Positions 25,271-40,192 are shown, counted from the stretch's first letter. The stretch: DNA of 64,000 nt from Octopus vulgaris (GCA_951406725.2 OX597820.1:111662001-111726000), one strand, 5' to 3'. Numbers and translations: made by a program. Notes: a model not told the origin generated them from the letters alone.

Positions 25271-26644
25271 TAGGCAAACCTCACCCTATGTTGTTAATTG
25301 GTTTCAAGAGACACAACTTAAGTCAAATTAACTTTTTTCTAGGCTAGGCCGAATTTTCTTGTCTCTAGGTTAAACCAATAATAAACATTCCCAGTTCTGT
25401 ACTTTATTTACGAATGCATTTTCAATAATACATGGTTAATAAAAACCTATTTTAAGCTTACAAACAAAATTTTTATTTTTTAATACAGTACAGTAACAAA
25501 AAAATTTTAATTTATGAATACAATTTGGCAGTGTTTACCATGCATTGCAGATGCTCTATCTACGAATGGGGTTTGTAATAAGACATGGTAAAATAAAAGC
25601 CTTTTTAAGCTTAAAAACAAGTTCAGTAATTATTATTATTTTGCAATAGTAAAAAAAACCAAAAATATTTTAAATAAAAAATTCTGCTGCTGCTTGTTTG
25701 TCAGCTGATACACTTTCACCTTGCTTCTTAATGGAGTGATAACTTCTTTGCTCCTTAAATCTCAGGAACCATCTTTGACTTGCCTTGAACTCTAGATCTT
25801 TCTCATCTGGATATTTTTCCTTCAGGTCCTCAAACAAAGACAATGCTTTCCCTTCAATGATTTCTTAACTAATAGAAGCACACTGACACTTCAACCTAAC
25901 AATCCAAAGAGAAAGAAGACTTTCCATTTCTTCAAAGATTTTGCCTCTTTTCTCATTGATGTCAGTGTTCTTCATTCTGGGGCTTCAGATTTGATATGTG
26001 CTAAAATCTTGTCCTTATTATGTACAATTGTTGATACAGCTGTCTGACTCATCCCAAAAGATTTTGCAATTGCTACCACATTTTCACCTTTTTCATGGTG
26101 GTTTATCATAGCCAGTTTATCTTCCAGTGTTATAGTATGACGCTTAGCTCTTTCACAAAGAATTTTCTTAGGAGCCATGAGGATAAAAAATAAAATTACA
26201 AATGAATGAGAATGAGAAAGTAGCTGATAAACAGATGCACACAAATCTGAATTCAAAAGAATCGTGGGAATCACAAGTGACAACAACGCCTAATGGTAGA
26301 TATTGGAACTACAGTGCAATATGAGTTCCGAAGGAACGATAAGACAACGCAGCTGATTTCATGATTTCGTTCACTAAGCTACACTACTTTATGGTGTGTA
26401 TCTTAACATTTACTGTACGTATTTTAATATGATTTTATATGCTTTTATTCTTATTTATTGTATCATGATTTTATGTGCTTTTAACAGTTTTCTAGTGATT
26501 TTAACATTCCAATATTTGTGGTGGACAGACGTAAAATCAAGTAAAATGACTTAACTCGATTTTTACTTTACCATATATTATTTTTCAAATTACGTATAAC
26601 TAAGAATAACTTAGATCAAAATGACTTAAGCCAAGGTATACCTG
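25271..26644 (-). mobile_element. Internally deleted Tigger/pogo DNA transposon
   Basis: MAPKK...KRHTITLEDKLAMINHHEKGENVVAIAKSFGMSQTAVSTIV (psq HTH) and IIEGKALSLFEDLKE...FKASQRWFLRFK (CENP-B HTH). Ends TA|CAGGTATACCTTGG (right) and degenerate TA|TAGGCAAACCTC (left). No DDD domain. Confidence 0.87.
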
Positions 26645-26649
26645 TACTG

Positions 26650-27144
26650 TTTATATTAGTTGGACTGGTGTCTTCATCTTGATTGTTGCTTTCACTACAT
26701 TTCAGCTGTTACGTGTTCCAGCCATCATCAGGTGTCATGTTGAACTCAGTTGCTGTATCAAATTTTTGAAACTAAACTTCTATTTGACCCATGGTGTACA
26801 GTTTCCATTCTGCTCTTTGCCTTTCACAACATTTTTTGTTTCAGTTGCTTTTCTTGAATTACCTCTCTGTGCCTTGCTTGGGAATGAACTTAAAACTTCT
26901 AGGTCACTGTACTATATTAACCAACATCTTTATCTACTATGCTATGCCCATAGACAGTGACAATGAATTTTTAAGACTTATAAACCTAATGTCTATGTAA
27001 TCTGTTGTGATAGTCTGCTCTTTTCTTTCATAATTATTGCTTCCCATATTGTATTAATTTCTGCAATTAGCCTGCTTAGGAGGTAGTTATGTCCTAGTAT
27101 GTGTGCTGCTTCCCTAAGTTTTCTAAACTACAGTGGTGTTCATT
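26650..27144 (-). mobile_element. Penelope-like element 3' end with pLTR
   Basis: EHH..FRKLREAAHILGHNYLLSR..EINTIWEAII matches the C-terminus of the 15 kb element; followed by a hammerhead motif. Confidence 0.8.
26693..26736 (-). ncRNA. Minimal type I hammerhead ribozyme, CpG-decayed
   Basis: GACAC-CTGATGA-T-GGCTG gaacacgtaa CAGCT-GAAA-TG-TA-GTG. Both core boxes intact; GUA triplet followed by GTG pairing with CAC. Confidence 0.72.
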
Positions 27145-27160
27145 AATATTTGTAAACTAT

Positions 27161-27365
27161 AAATGTGGTGAGCTGGCAGAATTGTTACTGCTCCAGGAAA
27201 AATGCTTCACAACATTTCTTCCTACTTTATGTTCTGAGTTCAAATTCCACTTTGCCTTTCATCCTTTTGAGGTTGATGAAATAAGTACCAGTTGAACACT
27301 GGGGTCAATGTAATTGAGTTAACCTCTGCCTCAAAATTGCAGGCTTTGTGCCAAAATTTTAAACC
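27161..27365 (+). mobile_element. MetaSINE-type tRNA SINE with TSD
   Basis: ggtgagctggcagaattgtta...ttctgagttcaaattcc...actttgcctttcatccttttgaggttgatgaaataagtaccag. Flanking near-duplication aatatttg(t/a)aaactat at 27145-27160 and 27366-27381. Confidence 0.85.
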
Positions 27366-28314
27366 AATATTTGAAAACTATCATCAGTAGAGCATATGGT
27401 GAACTATGGGAATCCTAAAGAGACACAAGCAATTCAAACAAGTCCCTTGCTGAAAATTTGTTTACTAACCACATTAATTCATTATACGTATAATAAAACT
27501 ATGTATATAATTGACTAAGGAGATACAAAGTCAAAATATTGTGGTGTCTCAAAATTCCCTTCAACCATTGAAATGTGCATGTTATGAACACACATTATCT
27601 AAGGAGAGATTAGATATTAATATCCAAATTTACCAGAACATTTAAGAATAAATAGATATGTTATTGTTTAGATTCTTGATGCTTTGCATGCACCACATGG
27701 ATTATTATCTGTTTGATATATATCAGCAAATGCTTGCTAATTCCTATAAACAAAAGTTTGTGTTCTTGCTAGATTTGTAGGTCTCATGGAATAGCTTCGA
27801 CTGAGGAGATACAATAAAGTTGAAACACTACAGCATCTAAAAGTCTTCTTACACTAGTGAATCGTGTGTGTTATGAGCAAACAACAACCATCATATATTC
27901 ACATTTGAAGCTGCCAGAACATATCAAAAATGAATACATAAATCATTGGGTGTGTACAATTGCATTTTCAACTCTTTTATATCTATTTGTTTAATTTAAG
28001 ATGAGTGTGATGGCATTTGCAAATGTAGACATTTTATATTTTAGGATCAGCATTTTACTGCTTATTGACTCATCACTCACCCACAAAATAAAAGTGGAAC
28101 CAATCCAGAGTCATGCAGGTTGAGGTAAGTAGTTTACTTTTCTTGTTCAAGAGAATATAACAATGGTTATATTAAGAAAGTAAAGTGATGTTCATATGTT
28201 CAGTCATTCAACTCCTTAAGAACTAAACTGACTGAAGAAAGCAGGAAAAAAAAATTAAATACAAACACAAAAGAAAGAAAAGCTACAAGAAATAAACGGT
28301 GATGTAATAATTAC

Positions 28315-28373
28315 CTTTCATAGAAAAGATCTTGAAGTGCAGCAAGTAACTCTTCAGTTACTTTTGCAGCAAC
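28315..28373 (-). CDS. SMG1: SMG1 coding exon (59 nt)
   Basis: tttgcag|GTT GCT...GAA AG|gtaatt. VAAKVTEELLAALQDLFYE(R), similar to human VLVKQLDNILAAVHDVLNE. Phase 0 to 2. Confidence 0.88.
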
Positions 28374-28419
28374 CTGCAAATACAGAGAAAAATAGATGAA
28401 TAATTTCTTAGGTAACAAC

Positions 28420-28800
28420 AAGACCAAAAATATATAGGGAGGGAACAGTTAAGAAGATTAACCCTAAGAGCAATGACATGTAAATTCAACCTCAGAGTTG
28501 AACTTTAAATATAAAGGAATGTAAAAATCAAGACATTTTATCTTCAACTCTATTAATTTTGCCAGCCCATTACCCTTATGGAAATAAGAACCTTTGACTT
28601 CAACTTTTTTAAGGGACAAAATGATTAGTGGTGTTTTGTCTGTCTTTATGTTCTGAGTTCAAATTCCACTGAGGTCAACTTTGCCTTTCATCCTTTCGGG
28701 GTCAATAAATTAAGTACAGTTGCATACAGGGGTTGATCTAATTGACTGGGCCCCCTCCCCCAAAATTTCGGGCCTTGTGCCTAGAGTAGAAAAAAATATT
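28420..28800. mobile_element. Two divergent MetaSINE-type copies
   Basis: Plus copy ~28615-28800 contains gaggtcaactttgcctttcatcctttcggggtcaataaattaagtac. Decayed minus copy ~28420-28575. Confidence 0.7.
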
Positions 28801-30799
28801 TAAAAATAATAATAATGATGATAACTAGACTACCAGTGATCCATTGAGTCACTGGGGAAGTGATCACTACCAGTGATCCATTGAGTCACTGGGGAAGTCC
28901 GAGTTTACCAGCAACAGAGTTTTGCTTCATGGGTTTTTTAATTCTTCTTTTCCATGTTATTTTGCATGCTTTCAAGGAATGTGACATCAAAATCACATGT
29001 AAATGGCTCCTTTCCCAAGAAAAGGAAAGATTTGGCTGCTATTTCTTGCATGCTCTGCTACCATGTAACAGATATTTCAGGTTCTTTATCGCAAATAGCT
29101 GTAATGTGGTGGCATAGCAACCAAATCTTTGGAGGTGAGATACGTTGAATGCATTTGAAAAGGTTACAAATGGGTCTTTTATGAAATATTTACTGTATTG
29201 TTAAAGTCATTTTCACTTAAGTGTTTAATAGAAAATTTAAACTTTCTGCAACTGGATGCCCTTCCCATTGTCAATCCTCACCTATTTCCAAAGAAGGTAA
29301 TATTTCCCCATGGCCAGACATTTTCTTGTCAAATATTGGAAATGAATGCGTTATGCCGAGATGAGACACTATTTTTGCAACTATACCTTAACCTTGTCAA
29401 GAATAAGGTACTAAGAATAAAATTATTTGGCTAAATACAGGATTAAACACTGCTTTTAATATCAAATTCTACAGTACAAACTTAAATTTTTAGGTGATCT
29501 AAATAAAAACATTCATGAGAATTTTATGTTAAATTATGTTTCAAACACTAGCTAAATAACTACAATGTTATTAAGTAAAATAAAGTCGTTATTTAGCAAA
29601 ATAAAGTTATTTTACTAAATTCATTATTTCATCAGCTTAATAATGAAAAAATTATTTTGCTAGTCTTCATTATTTTAAAAATAAGACAGTTATTTGATTA
29701 AATTCTTTACTATATTCGAAATTTATTGAAACAAATGAAGGGTATTTCAATAGAAATATAGTAACAAAAGTAATAAAATGATCTAAGTTTTAAACCCTCC
29801 ATCACAATTTCATGTTAATTTAAGTTCCAAACACTAATTACTTCAACTAAACTCTTCATTATGTTCACAATTAATTGAAATAAAGGTATTGTATTTCAAG
29901 AGAAATACAGTAAGAAAAGGACAAACAATACTTTGTTACTGTCGAGACAAATTTTACTTTTCCTCATGCTCAACCAGGCCACTGGTTAGCTAGCACAAAG
30001 GAAACTATATGTACTTCAAATGGTCAAGCCAAAAGATTGGTTAGTTTTTCTCTACATAAATATGGAAATGAAATCACTCTTTTATCCTACTGATTCTGAG
30101 AGATATTAATTGGAATTAACAGGAAGGCAATATCCAAAACTAACCAAGTTGATAGGATACTCAACCAACTCACACATTTGGCAGTTTTGTATATTAACAC
30201 AGTCATTACACTATGTCCAATACACTTAAGTTCTAATAGTACATTCCACCTAAAAGTACATACTATGCAATACAGCTCATTGCAATAACCAACAGCAGCA
30301 CTGTTTTTTTTTTTGCCTGCAGTGTCAGTTCAGAAGTACAGCACTTTTCAAAAGAAGCAAGATCAGATATTAAGCTAATCCAATACTTCTATAATAAACA
30401 CAGAATTAGAAACAGAAAGTTCTAGAAAAGATAATGACAATACATATTGGGTTATGTATTCCACAAAATGTATGGTGATGAAATAGCAAAGCTAGTTTTG
30501 AATCTGGAAGAGCAATTTGTATCCTGTTATGGAAACTACACCACTTAGAGAATCCTAGCTAACCAAGTTTATCATTATTAGACGAATGCATCAGGAAATA
30601 TTTGGGTTTTAAATCCACTTATACCTGCACTTCCACTTTGAAAATCCTCTAATTTCCACCGGATCTTTCCAAATTATAGCTGAAGCTCTTACTAAGGTAA
30701 CAAAACAGATTTTTCTGCCAGAGAATATTGCAAATAAGAGATATTGACTGTTTCAGCCAATTGTAAAACAAATAGCTGTCCTCAATATTATTCTCAAAA

Positions 30800-30837
<38 letters not shown>

Positions 30838-30931
30838 AGTTGAAAATAGGTATCATGAGGAGCTACAGGCTTTTACTGTTAGTGGTGAGAATACTGTACA
30901 GCTGAAAAGTATTTCATTAGCTTGCCAATGG

Positions 30932-33900
30932 TCATCATCATCATTTAATGTCTGCTTTCCATGCTGGCATGGGTTGGACGGTTTGACTGAGGGATGGCAA
31001 GCCAGAAGGCTGCATCAGGCTCCAATCTAATCTGGTAAAGTTTCTACAGCTGGATGCCCTTTCTAATGCCAACCACTCCGGGTGTAGTGGGTGCTTTTTA
31101 TGTGCTACCGGCATGAGTACCAGTCAGGAGATACTGGCATTGACCAGGAGCCAGTCTGGCACCACTGGCATCGACTATGCGTGAATGGTGCTTTTTATGT
31201 GCCACCAGCAGGGGTGCCAATCAGACGGTACTGTCATTGGCCACAACAGGTCTTCACAAACGCAGTTTATTGCCCAATGATTGAAGGGTGCTCTTAAATG
31301 GGCTGGTTATGCTGTACTGACATAGGCCACGGTTACGGTCTCACTTGGCTTGCCGGGTCTTCTCAAGCACAGCATATCTCCAAAGGTCTCGGTTAATTGT
31401 CATCACCTTGATGAGGCCCAACGTTCAAAGGTCACACATCACCAGCTCATCCCAGGTCTTCCACTTCCACAGGTTCCCTGTACTGCTAGGGTATGACACA
31501 TTTTCACACAGCTGTCCTCTTCCACGTGCAATACATGACCATACCAATGCAGTCATCTCTCTTGCACACCACCTCTGATGCTTCTTATGTCCAACTTTTC
31601 CCTCAGGGCGCTTACACTCTGTTGTATATGCACGGACATTACACATGCAGCAGAACAAACTAGCTTCATTCCTTGCAAGCTTATGCATGTCATCAGCAGT
31701 CATGGCCCGTGCTTCACTGCCATGTAGCATGGCTGTTCACACACATGCATCATACAGTCTAACTTTTACTATGAGCAAGAGGCCCTTTGTCACCAGCAGA
31801 GGTAGGAGCTCTCTGAACTTTGCCCAGGCTATTCTTATTCTAGCAGCAACACTAAGAGCATCCAGCCCTGATACTGACTTGGTTACCTAGGTAACAGAAG
31901 CTATCAACTACTTGCAGTTTCTCCCCCTGGCATGTAATGGAAGCTGTTTTCCGCACATTTTCAGTGTTTATTGTCCCTGAGCAATAAACACTGTTAGCCT
32001 TCCTTTGATATTGCTGTACCTCTCATGTGTCCATAGCTTACACCAGTTACATCTTATGGAGTTTCTATCTATGCCTTTTCTACAGATTGAGCAAGACCAT
32101 CTACCTGAAGGGATTTGTTATTTGTCTGCCTTCCTACTTATTAAGACTTTGGTTTTTGCTAGGTTGACTCTAAGGCCTTTTGATTCTACACCTTGCTTCC
32201 ACACCTGTAACTTCTCTAGTTCTGATAGTGACTCAGCTAGTAGAGCAAGGCCATCAGCATAGAGAAGATCCCAGGGGCATCCTGTCTTGAATTCCTCTGT
32301 TATTGCCTGGAGGATTATGATGAATAAGAGGAGTCTGAGGACTGATTCTTGGTGTCCCCTACCCAGAATTCTTCACTATACTTGTTGTCAACCCTCACCT
32401 AACTGACAGCATCCCTGTAAATGGCTTGTACAGCTCTCACTAACCACTCATCTATCCCCAGTTTCCTCATTGACTACCAGATAAGGGATCAAGGGACCCT
32501 GTCAAAGGCTTTCTCCATGTCAACAAAAGCCAGGTACAGAAGTTTATCTTTGGCTAGGTATTTCTCCTGCATCTGTCTTACCAGAAATATATCATCTGTG
32601 GTGCTTTTCCCTAACACACAAACCCAAACTGCACCTCGTCTCAACTATCTCCCTAATTAGTTGGACTATGACCTTCTTTGTGACTTTCATTACCTGATCC
32701 AACAACTTGATACCTCTGTAATTATTTGTATCTAACGCATCACCTTTACCCTTGTAGCAGTTGACTATGGTGCTAATACACCAGTCATTGGGTATGACTT
32801 CTTCATGTATCACCTGACTGACTATATAGGTGACTAGACTATAGCTGACACCACCAGATATTTTAAGCATCTCTGTGGTGATTCCTGATGGGCCGGGGGC
32901 TTTCCCTGTCTTCATATCCTTAATTGCTTTAGGGTACTGTCAATTCGGATACCCGGTCCCTCTGCTGGATTGACATTCAGCAGACTCTCTTTCTCCCATT
33001 CATTCTCTTCATTTAGCAACCTTTCATAGTGGCGTCTCCAAGTCTCTCTCTTTGCAGCCTCATTAAATGCAAGTGAACCATCATCCATGCAGACACATTT
33101 CTCTCCTATGACATCACAATTCTCTCTTACACACTGTCTTGCAACCTGAAATACTTCAAGCCATTAGTCCTCACAACACAGAACAATGACAAATTTTTTC
33201 TTATATGCTTCCCTTCTGGCTAAGTAAACCTGTCTCCTAGCTTACCTTCTGGCAATCTGATACAATTCCCTGCTACCACTGTTCTTCCAGTCCTTCCATG
33301 CTGGTTTCTTTTCCCTAATGGCCTTGTCAACTACATTGTTCCACCACCACGTTACCATGGGACTTTGCACCATCTACAGATCATGTCCAGTAGGAACCTC
33401 CAGCTGTCTTCCACATCATGTGATGCTATATCCCCCTCTATTTCATCAAACGCTTTGAGTAATGTCTCTAAATCTCTGTCCATTCCCAGGATCCTTAAGC
33501 TTCCAGACCCTTCTTCTCCATGCTGGTTGTCTTTTGGGTATCCATTTAGTCCCGATCCTGAAGTTTCTAACTACTAATCTAAGTTGTGGGGTACATTCTT
33601 CAACTGGGAAGGTTTTGGCATTTATAAGTAGTCATCTTTCTGGTTTTCTGGTGAGGGTGTAGTCAATTTGACTAGTGTGTCCACCAGATCGGTAGGTGAA
33701 TAGGTGACTGGCAGGTTTCCTGAAGTCAGTATTACAAACCATAAGATCATTTGCATTGCAGAACTCCATCAGCCTGGTTCTCTCCTCATTGCGGGAACCA
33801 AAACCATAGCCTCCATGTATGCCATGGAAAACCCCTGCATGCTGTCCTGCATGCCCATTGAAGTTGCCAGCCACAAAGAGATGGTTCCCGTCTATTTGGC

Positions 33901-34010
33901 AACAAGGTAGTTTGCAAGAGGGTGTCATAAAATCAGTCTTTCTGTTCGTAAGGTAGCCCTGGCTGAGGGGCATAGGCCGAGATACTGGTTGCTAACCCAT
34001 GTTGCAGCAC
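30932..34010 (-). mobile_element. Long degenerate RTE LINE with APE endonuclease and RT
   Basis: AGNFNGHAG...GFGSRNEE...TYRSGGHTSQIDY (APE), KAPGPSG, NYRGIKLL, PHD insert, 3' tail (GAT)n. Confidence 0.94.
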
Positions 34011-37000
34011 TAAAATAAAAAAAAAAACAAAAAAAAACCAGAGGCAGGATGGTTAATGAGCATAAGATATTGATCTATTGTGACTGAATTCAAATCTGTT
34101 GCATGGTGTTTCTAGGGAAGAACTCTTTAATTTATATTTCCTCAATGGAAATCTGCCTTAAACCAAAATCAATCGTCTCTCTCTCATGCCTACAACCATG
34201 AAAATAGATCTTGGCTGTTCTCACAGAGGTGACCAATCCAGGCCAATCATATCAACATACACAAACACATGCCATCCCTCAACTCTGAAATATTCCCATT
34301 CTCACAGAATTCAGACACAACCAAATTCCAATGAACTGTGTTAACATACCCAGCCACAAATTTGTATAATATAAGTACAGATGATTACATCTACTGTAAC
34401 ATGGAGTTAAGCATAAACATTAAGGATACTGAATAGGTCTTCAGTGTCATAGTGTTGCACCCAGTTCCCATCTATCAAACTCCCTCATAAGGATTTGATT
34501 GGCCCAGAGCTATATTAAAAGACACTTGCTCAAAGTGCCATGCAGTGAGACTGAATCCAAATCCCTGTAGTTGAGAAGACACACCAGCACTTATAAGGAA
34601 TGCTTATAGCAATTAGGTTTCAGCATCAGATGAGAACTAGTTTTCACCTTGATATCTGTGTGTGCGTGCACAAACACACACATGTATATACTTATAAACA
34701 TATATATATTGTGTATACATTCAAACATATGTACACACACACATATATGCATATAGTTATAAACAAATATATAGTGTATACACACACACATATAAACATA
34801 CATAAATATATATTCACACACACACACACTTCATAAACTCACACCTGAGAAATAAAGGCAGGATTGAAATGTTTATATTTTCTGTGCAAACAGCAATAAT
34901 TCATCCCTGTGTGATTAGCTTAATTGCTGTAATTCCAAGAGGAGAAAATATTTGTGATACTCATGCACCTCCAAAGGACATTGGCAATATATGAAGTGGA
35001 AGTAAGAATAATTATAACCAACACATCAAAAACAAGGCCATGCACTCTGCAAAAAGTTTATCTTCTCTGCATAAATACAGTCTGTATGTCCTCACAGATT
35101 TATGTCTTTTGTATAAGTAACAAACACCAAACAAAAAGCTATTAAAAGTGGGAGGAGTAGTAAGAGGAGACACTCACTTTCTTATAAAGCTACAACTAAA
35201 AGGCATGGGAAGAAGAGGCGAAGTGTAGTCAATGTCTACTGAAAAGTTAGAAAGGAAAGTGTAAGTCCATAAAGATACAAAGATGTGTGTGTGTATGGTG
35301 GTGGGGAGTAAGGGTAGGTTTAAGTAATGCTTGTTGAACCAAACATGCAGAGTGAGATATCAAATCTGCTACTTTTCTCTGAAACAATTTACATATTCGC
35401 TGTACCAGCTGGTTTTCTAAAAGGACATTTGTGGTTTAGTTTGTGTTGCTTACCAGTTTTACTACAAGTGACATACAAACACATTATGTATGCATACCAT
35501 TACAAGCTCACACCAACACATGCAATTTAAACAACTATTTTAGTATATCCTGTATACAAACAGGACACACTATAGTAGTATTGTTTCAAAAAGTTCAAGT
35601 TTCCATAAAAAGCTCAAACCAAACACATTTTTAGGACATTCTAAAACACCAATTGCCTTTTGTTCCCTGAAAAGTTAACAAATAACAATGCCTTGTGGGA
35701 AGACGAGAAAGCAGGACACTTTAGAAAACAAGAAAACATAACTGAAATATCTGGCTACAAACAAAGAGAACCCAGGTGTTCTGGGTGAAGTTTAGAAGTG
35801 CAATATGTTTGAGTCTTACTTATCCAAAATCAGCAGTTTTAAGACATCTTGTGGTATTATGGAGACATTTTCCATTTACAAAATCTACTCCCAAGGTATT
35901 GGTTGGTTCATGGCTATAGTAAAAGCCACTTGCCCATGTAAAGGAACTGAACACAAGACATGGGCAGGAAGCAAGCTTCTTAACTACACAGCTACGTCAG
36001 AGCCTATCCTGATGCAAATTAGTTAAAAATTATCCGTTTAATGTCCATTTTTCCATGCTTGCATAGGTTAGATGGAATTTATTGAGGCAGATTTTCTACA
36101 GCTTGATACTCTTCTTGTAACTAGTCCTCACTTGTTTTCATTCAAAGAAGGTAACATTTTCCCAAGGCTGGACAAATTTTTCACAGAACACTGGAAATGA
36201 ACAACACTTGTATGATGGTGATGCTCCTTTACAACTGTCAACATGTCAAGAGTTTCTTTTCGTTTCCATCAACCAAATCCACTCACACTCACAAGGCATT
36301 GATTGGTCCAGGGCTGTAGTAGAAGCCACTTACCCAAGGTGCCATATAAAGGACTGAATCCAAGACCTGGCTGGGAAGCAAGCTTCTTAACTACACAGCC
36401 ATGTCAGTGCCTATCTTGGTGCAAGTTAATTATCATAAATTATCAAAAGGGAGGAAAAAAAAATTGGTCTCTCTCCACTAGTACAAGATGTGGAGATAGG
36501 ATTTTAGCCACTTAAGTGAAACTGACACAAAAGTTGTATTTTTCTTGTAGACATCAGCATGATGAATGGCAAAATTTGACCACCACGTCCTGACCTGGTA
36601 AAGTTTAGAAACAGTTTCTCATAGTAAAGTTAAGTTTCTGCAAAACATAGCTGATTTATCAGTTCAGCCAACTTTTTAATATTTTATCAAAAATAAAAAC
36701 AAACGAATGGCAGGGGCAGCAGAGTACTAAATTAGAAGTATTTAGTTATGTACAACTACATTCTAGATTTCAGCTCTTTAGAATCAAAATATGTAGTCAT
36801 AAACTACCTTTAGAAATGTATTGCCCCATATACCAATGTAATAAATTATCATAAATAATGATTTATAGATGCAACCATGACTGTGAGGTAGAGAAGATTA
36901 CTTCCCAACCATGTGGTCTCAGATTCAGTTCCACTGCATGATATCTTGAGCTAATATCTTCTATTGTAGCTCCAGGCCAACCAAAACCTTTTGAGTGGAT

Positions 37001-37779
37001 TTGGTAGATGGAAAGTGATAGAAACCTGTTGCGTATGTATGTATGTGTGTGTGTGTGTGTGTATGTATGTATATATATGATAAAATCATCTTCATTTAAC
37101 ATTGACATTCCATGTTGGTATGGGCTGGACACTATGAGAGAATCCAACAGGTTCAGAGACTGCATCATGGTGCTCTGATCCAGCATGGTTCTACAGCTGG
37201 ATATCTGTATTACTGAATAAACATGTTCTGTAATTGACAATGAACACATCTAAAATTATATATCAGACTGAAGGTGAAATAAAAACATGAAAACCAAAGG
37301 TCTTGGTTGTTGACAACATTGTTTCACACTTTTGTTTCCATATTTGTTGAAATATGCTACCTTTGCTTCCATTGATTTTGAAAATAATGTTAGTAAAATA
37401 ATTTGTTATTACCAAGCTGGTATTTGGAATAAAAATTAACATGGAATTTTGATAGAATGTTCTAATTCAAAAAAACCTTAAAAACAGGAAATTTGTTTCA
37501 TAGAACCAGGGATGGTCTCAGACATGTTGATAGTAAAACAATTAATGGTCACTGTTACAGCTACATACACAACCCCACTGGTCATTATATCATATAGAAA
37601 AAACAGTCAGGTAACCAATGTAGACAGCACTGTAATGGCTACAGTTAGGTATATACTAATATAAATAAGCAACATCATATAAATGACTGCTATATACAAA
37701 CTATTCAAACCATAAATCTTGTAATGGGGTCACAAATATATGAGCCAAAAACTGATTTAAAGAAGAAGAAAAAAACAGA

Positions 37780-40145
37780 TATTAAGCCAGCAATTTTAAC
37801 AGAAGGGGATAGTCAATTACACCAACCCCAGTACTTGACTTTTATCAAACCCGAAAGCAGGAATTGAACTCAGAATATAAAAAGCCAGAAGATATGCCAC
37901 TTATTATGATTTCAAATTCTAGTACAAAGCTAACAATTTCAGGGGAGAGGATAAGTTAATTACATCAATCCCAGAGTTCAACTGGTACTTAATCAACCTT
38001 GGTAGAATTTGAACTCAGAATGTAAAGATGGATGAAATGCCACTAAGCATTCTGAGCAGTGTGCAAATGATTCTGTTAGCTTGCCTGGTCTCTCATTCAA
38101 TAATAATAATAATGATAATGGTTTCAGATTTTGGCACAAGGCCAGAAATTCTAGATGATGCAATTAGTAGATTACACCAACGCCAGTGTTTAGTTTATTT
38201 TATCAACTCTGAAAAGAAGGTAAAGAAATGCCACTAAATGTTATGTCTAATGCAGTAACACTTCTGTCGGCTTGCAATAACAATAATAATAATGGTTTCA
38301 AATTATATCACAAGGACAGCAACCTTGGGAGAGGGGATTAGTCGATTACATCGACCCCAGTGCTCAATTGATACTTATTTTATTGACTCCGAAAGGATGA
38401 AAGGCAAAAATCGACCATGGCAGTATTAGAACTCAGAACAAAGCGGCAGGCGAAATACTAAGCATTTTGTCCAGTGTGCTAACAATTCTAACTCGTTGCC
38501 TTAATAATAATAATAAAAAATGCAACAGCAAAACATTAGTGTTAAAGTTCTAGAGAAAGAGTAAAAGAAACTCCCCCAAATATAGTAAAATTAAATAACA
38601 CTAAGAATTGGAAGTTGGAAAACACTTTTGATTTGTTTAGGACTTTCCAGAACATAAATAATGATAGTTTCTTACAATATTATTTCACAACAATCACATT
38701 AAATTCATATTATTTCCAATGTTGATTATTAACACAAAGAAAAAAGATTAAAAGAAAAAAGAAACCCATTATTTATGAAAAAATAGTGAAATGCCTGTCA
38801 TCATGCTAGATACACTACTTTACAAATTAGGCCATTTGTATATATATCATTAGAACTGATGAATTTACAATGTTGCTATTATCATAAATCACTCTACCAT
38901 GAAATAGAGTAATACACCTTCTAAGCAGGACTCAATGACTGAGATCAGGTTGCAATTTATTTACATGTACTTAGCTTCCGATCACCTTAGACTAACAACT
39001 ACACTGTACCTCCAATAATAATAATATTTAATAATAAATGTCCTTTCTACTATAGGCACAATGTCTGAAATTTGGGGGAAGAGGGACAGATTATATTTGA
39101 CCCCACTGTTCAACTTATTTTATTGACTGTGAAAGAATGAAAACCAAAGCTGTCTTTGACAGAACTAGAACAGACTGTAAACATCTGGAAAAATGCCACT
39201 AAGCAGTTTGTCCAATATGCTAACAATTCTGCCAGCTTGCCACCTTAATAATAATAATAATAATCCATTCTAATATAAGCACAAAGCCTGAAATTTGAGG
39301 GGAGAGGACTAGTCTATTACATTGATTCACTGGTACTTAATTTATCAACCACAAAAGGATGAAAGGCTGAAGTAGACCTTGGCGAAATTTGAACCCAGAA
39401 TGTAGCAAAATACAGCAAAACATTTTTCCCAGCATGCTAACAATTCTGCCAGCTTGCCACCTTAATAATAATAATCCATTTTAATATAGGTACAAGGCCT
39501 GAATTTTAGAGGGGTGGGATGGTTGATTACAAACGGTAAAGTCTATCTCAATAGAATTTGAATTCACAACATGAAGATGATGGACGAAATACCACTAAGC
39601 ATTTCACCTGGGAAATTTAGGGGAAGTGATTACACTGGTGCTAGTGCTTCACTGGTACTGTATTTTATTGAACTTGAAAGCTAACCTCAATACAATTTGA
39701 AAGCAGAACATAAAGATCTCAAAGAAAAGTCTCTCAGCATTTTGTCTGACATGCTAATGATTCTGCCAGTTTACTATCTTAATCATCATCATCGTCTAAC
39801 ATGTTTTCCATGCTGGCATGGTTTGGACAGTTTGATAGGAGCCTGTCAGATGGGGAGCTGTCCAGACTCCAGTTATCTGTTGTAGCATGGTTTCAACAGT
39901 TGGACGCTCTTCCTAATGCCAACCACTTTACAGAGTGCATCGGTGCTTATGCGCCAAGCACAAAGCCCAAGATCGTATGGGGAGGGACTAACTGATTACA
40001 TCCATCTCAGTGCTCAGCTGGTACTTATTTTATCAACTCTGAAAAGGCAAATGGCAAAGTTGACCTCAGCATCATTTGAACTCTGATCATAAAGCCAGAT
40101 GAAATACTCAAGATTTTGTCCAGTATGTAGATGATTCTTGCCTTC

Positions 40146-40192
<47 letters not shown>

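Noticed and set aside
27795-27840. CTGAGGAG...GAAAC hammerhead-like motif
   Set aside because: Stems I and II do not pair.
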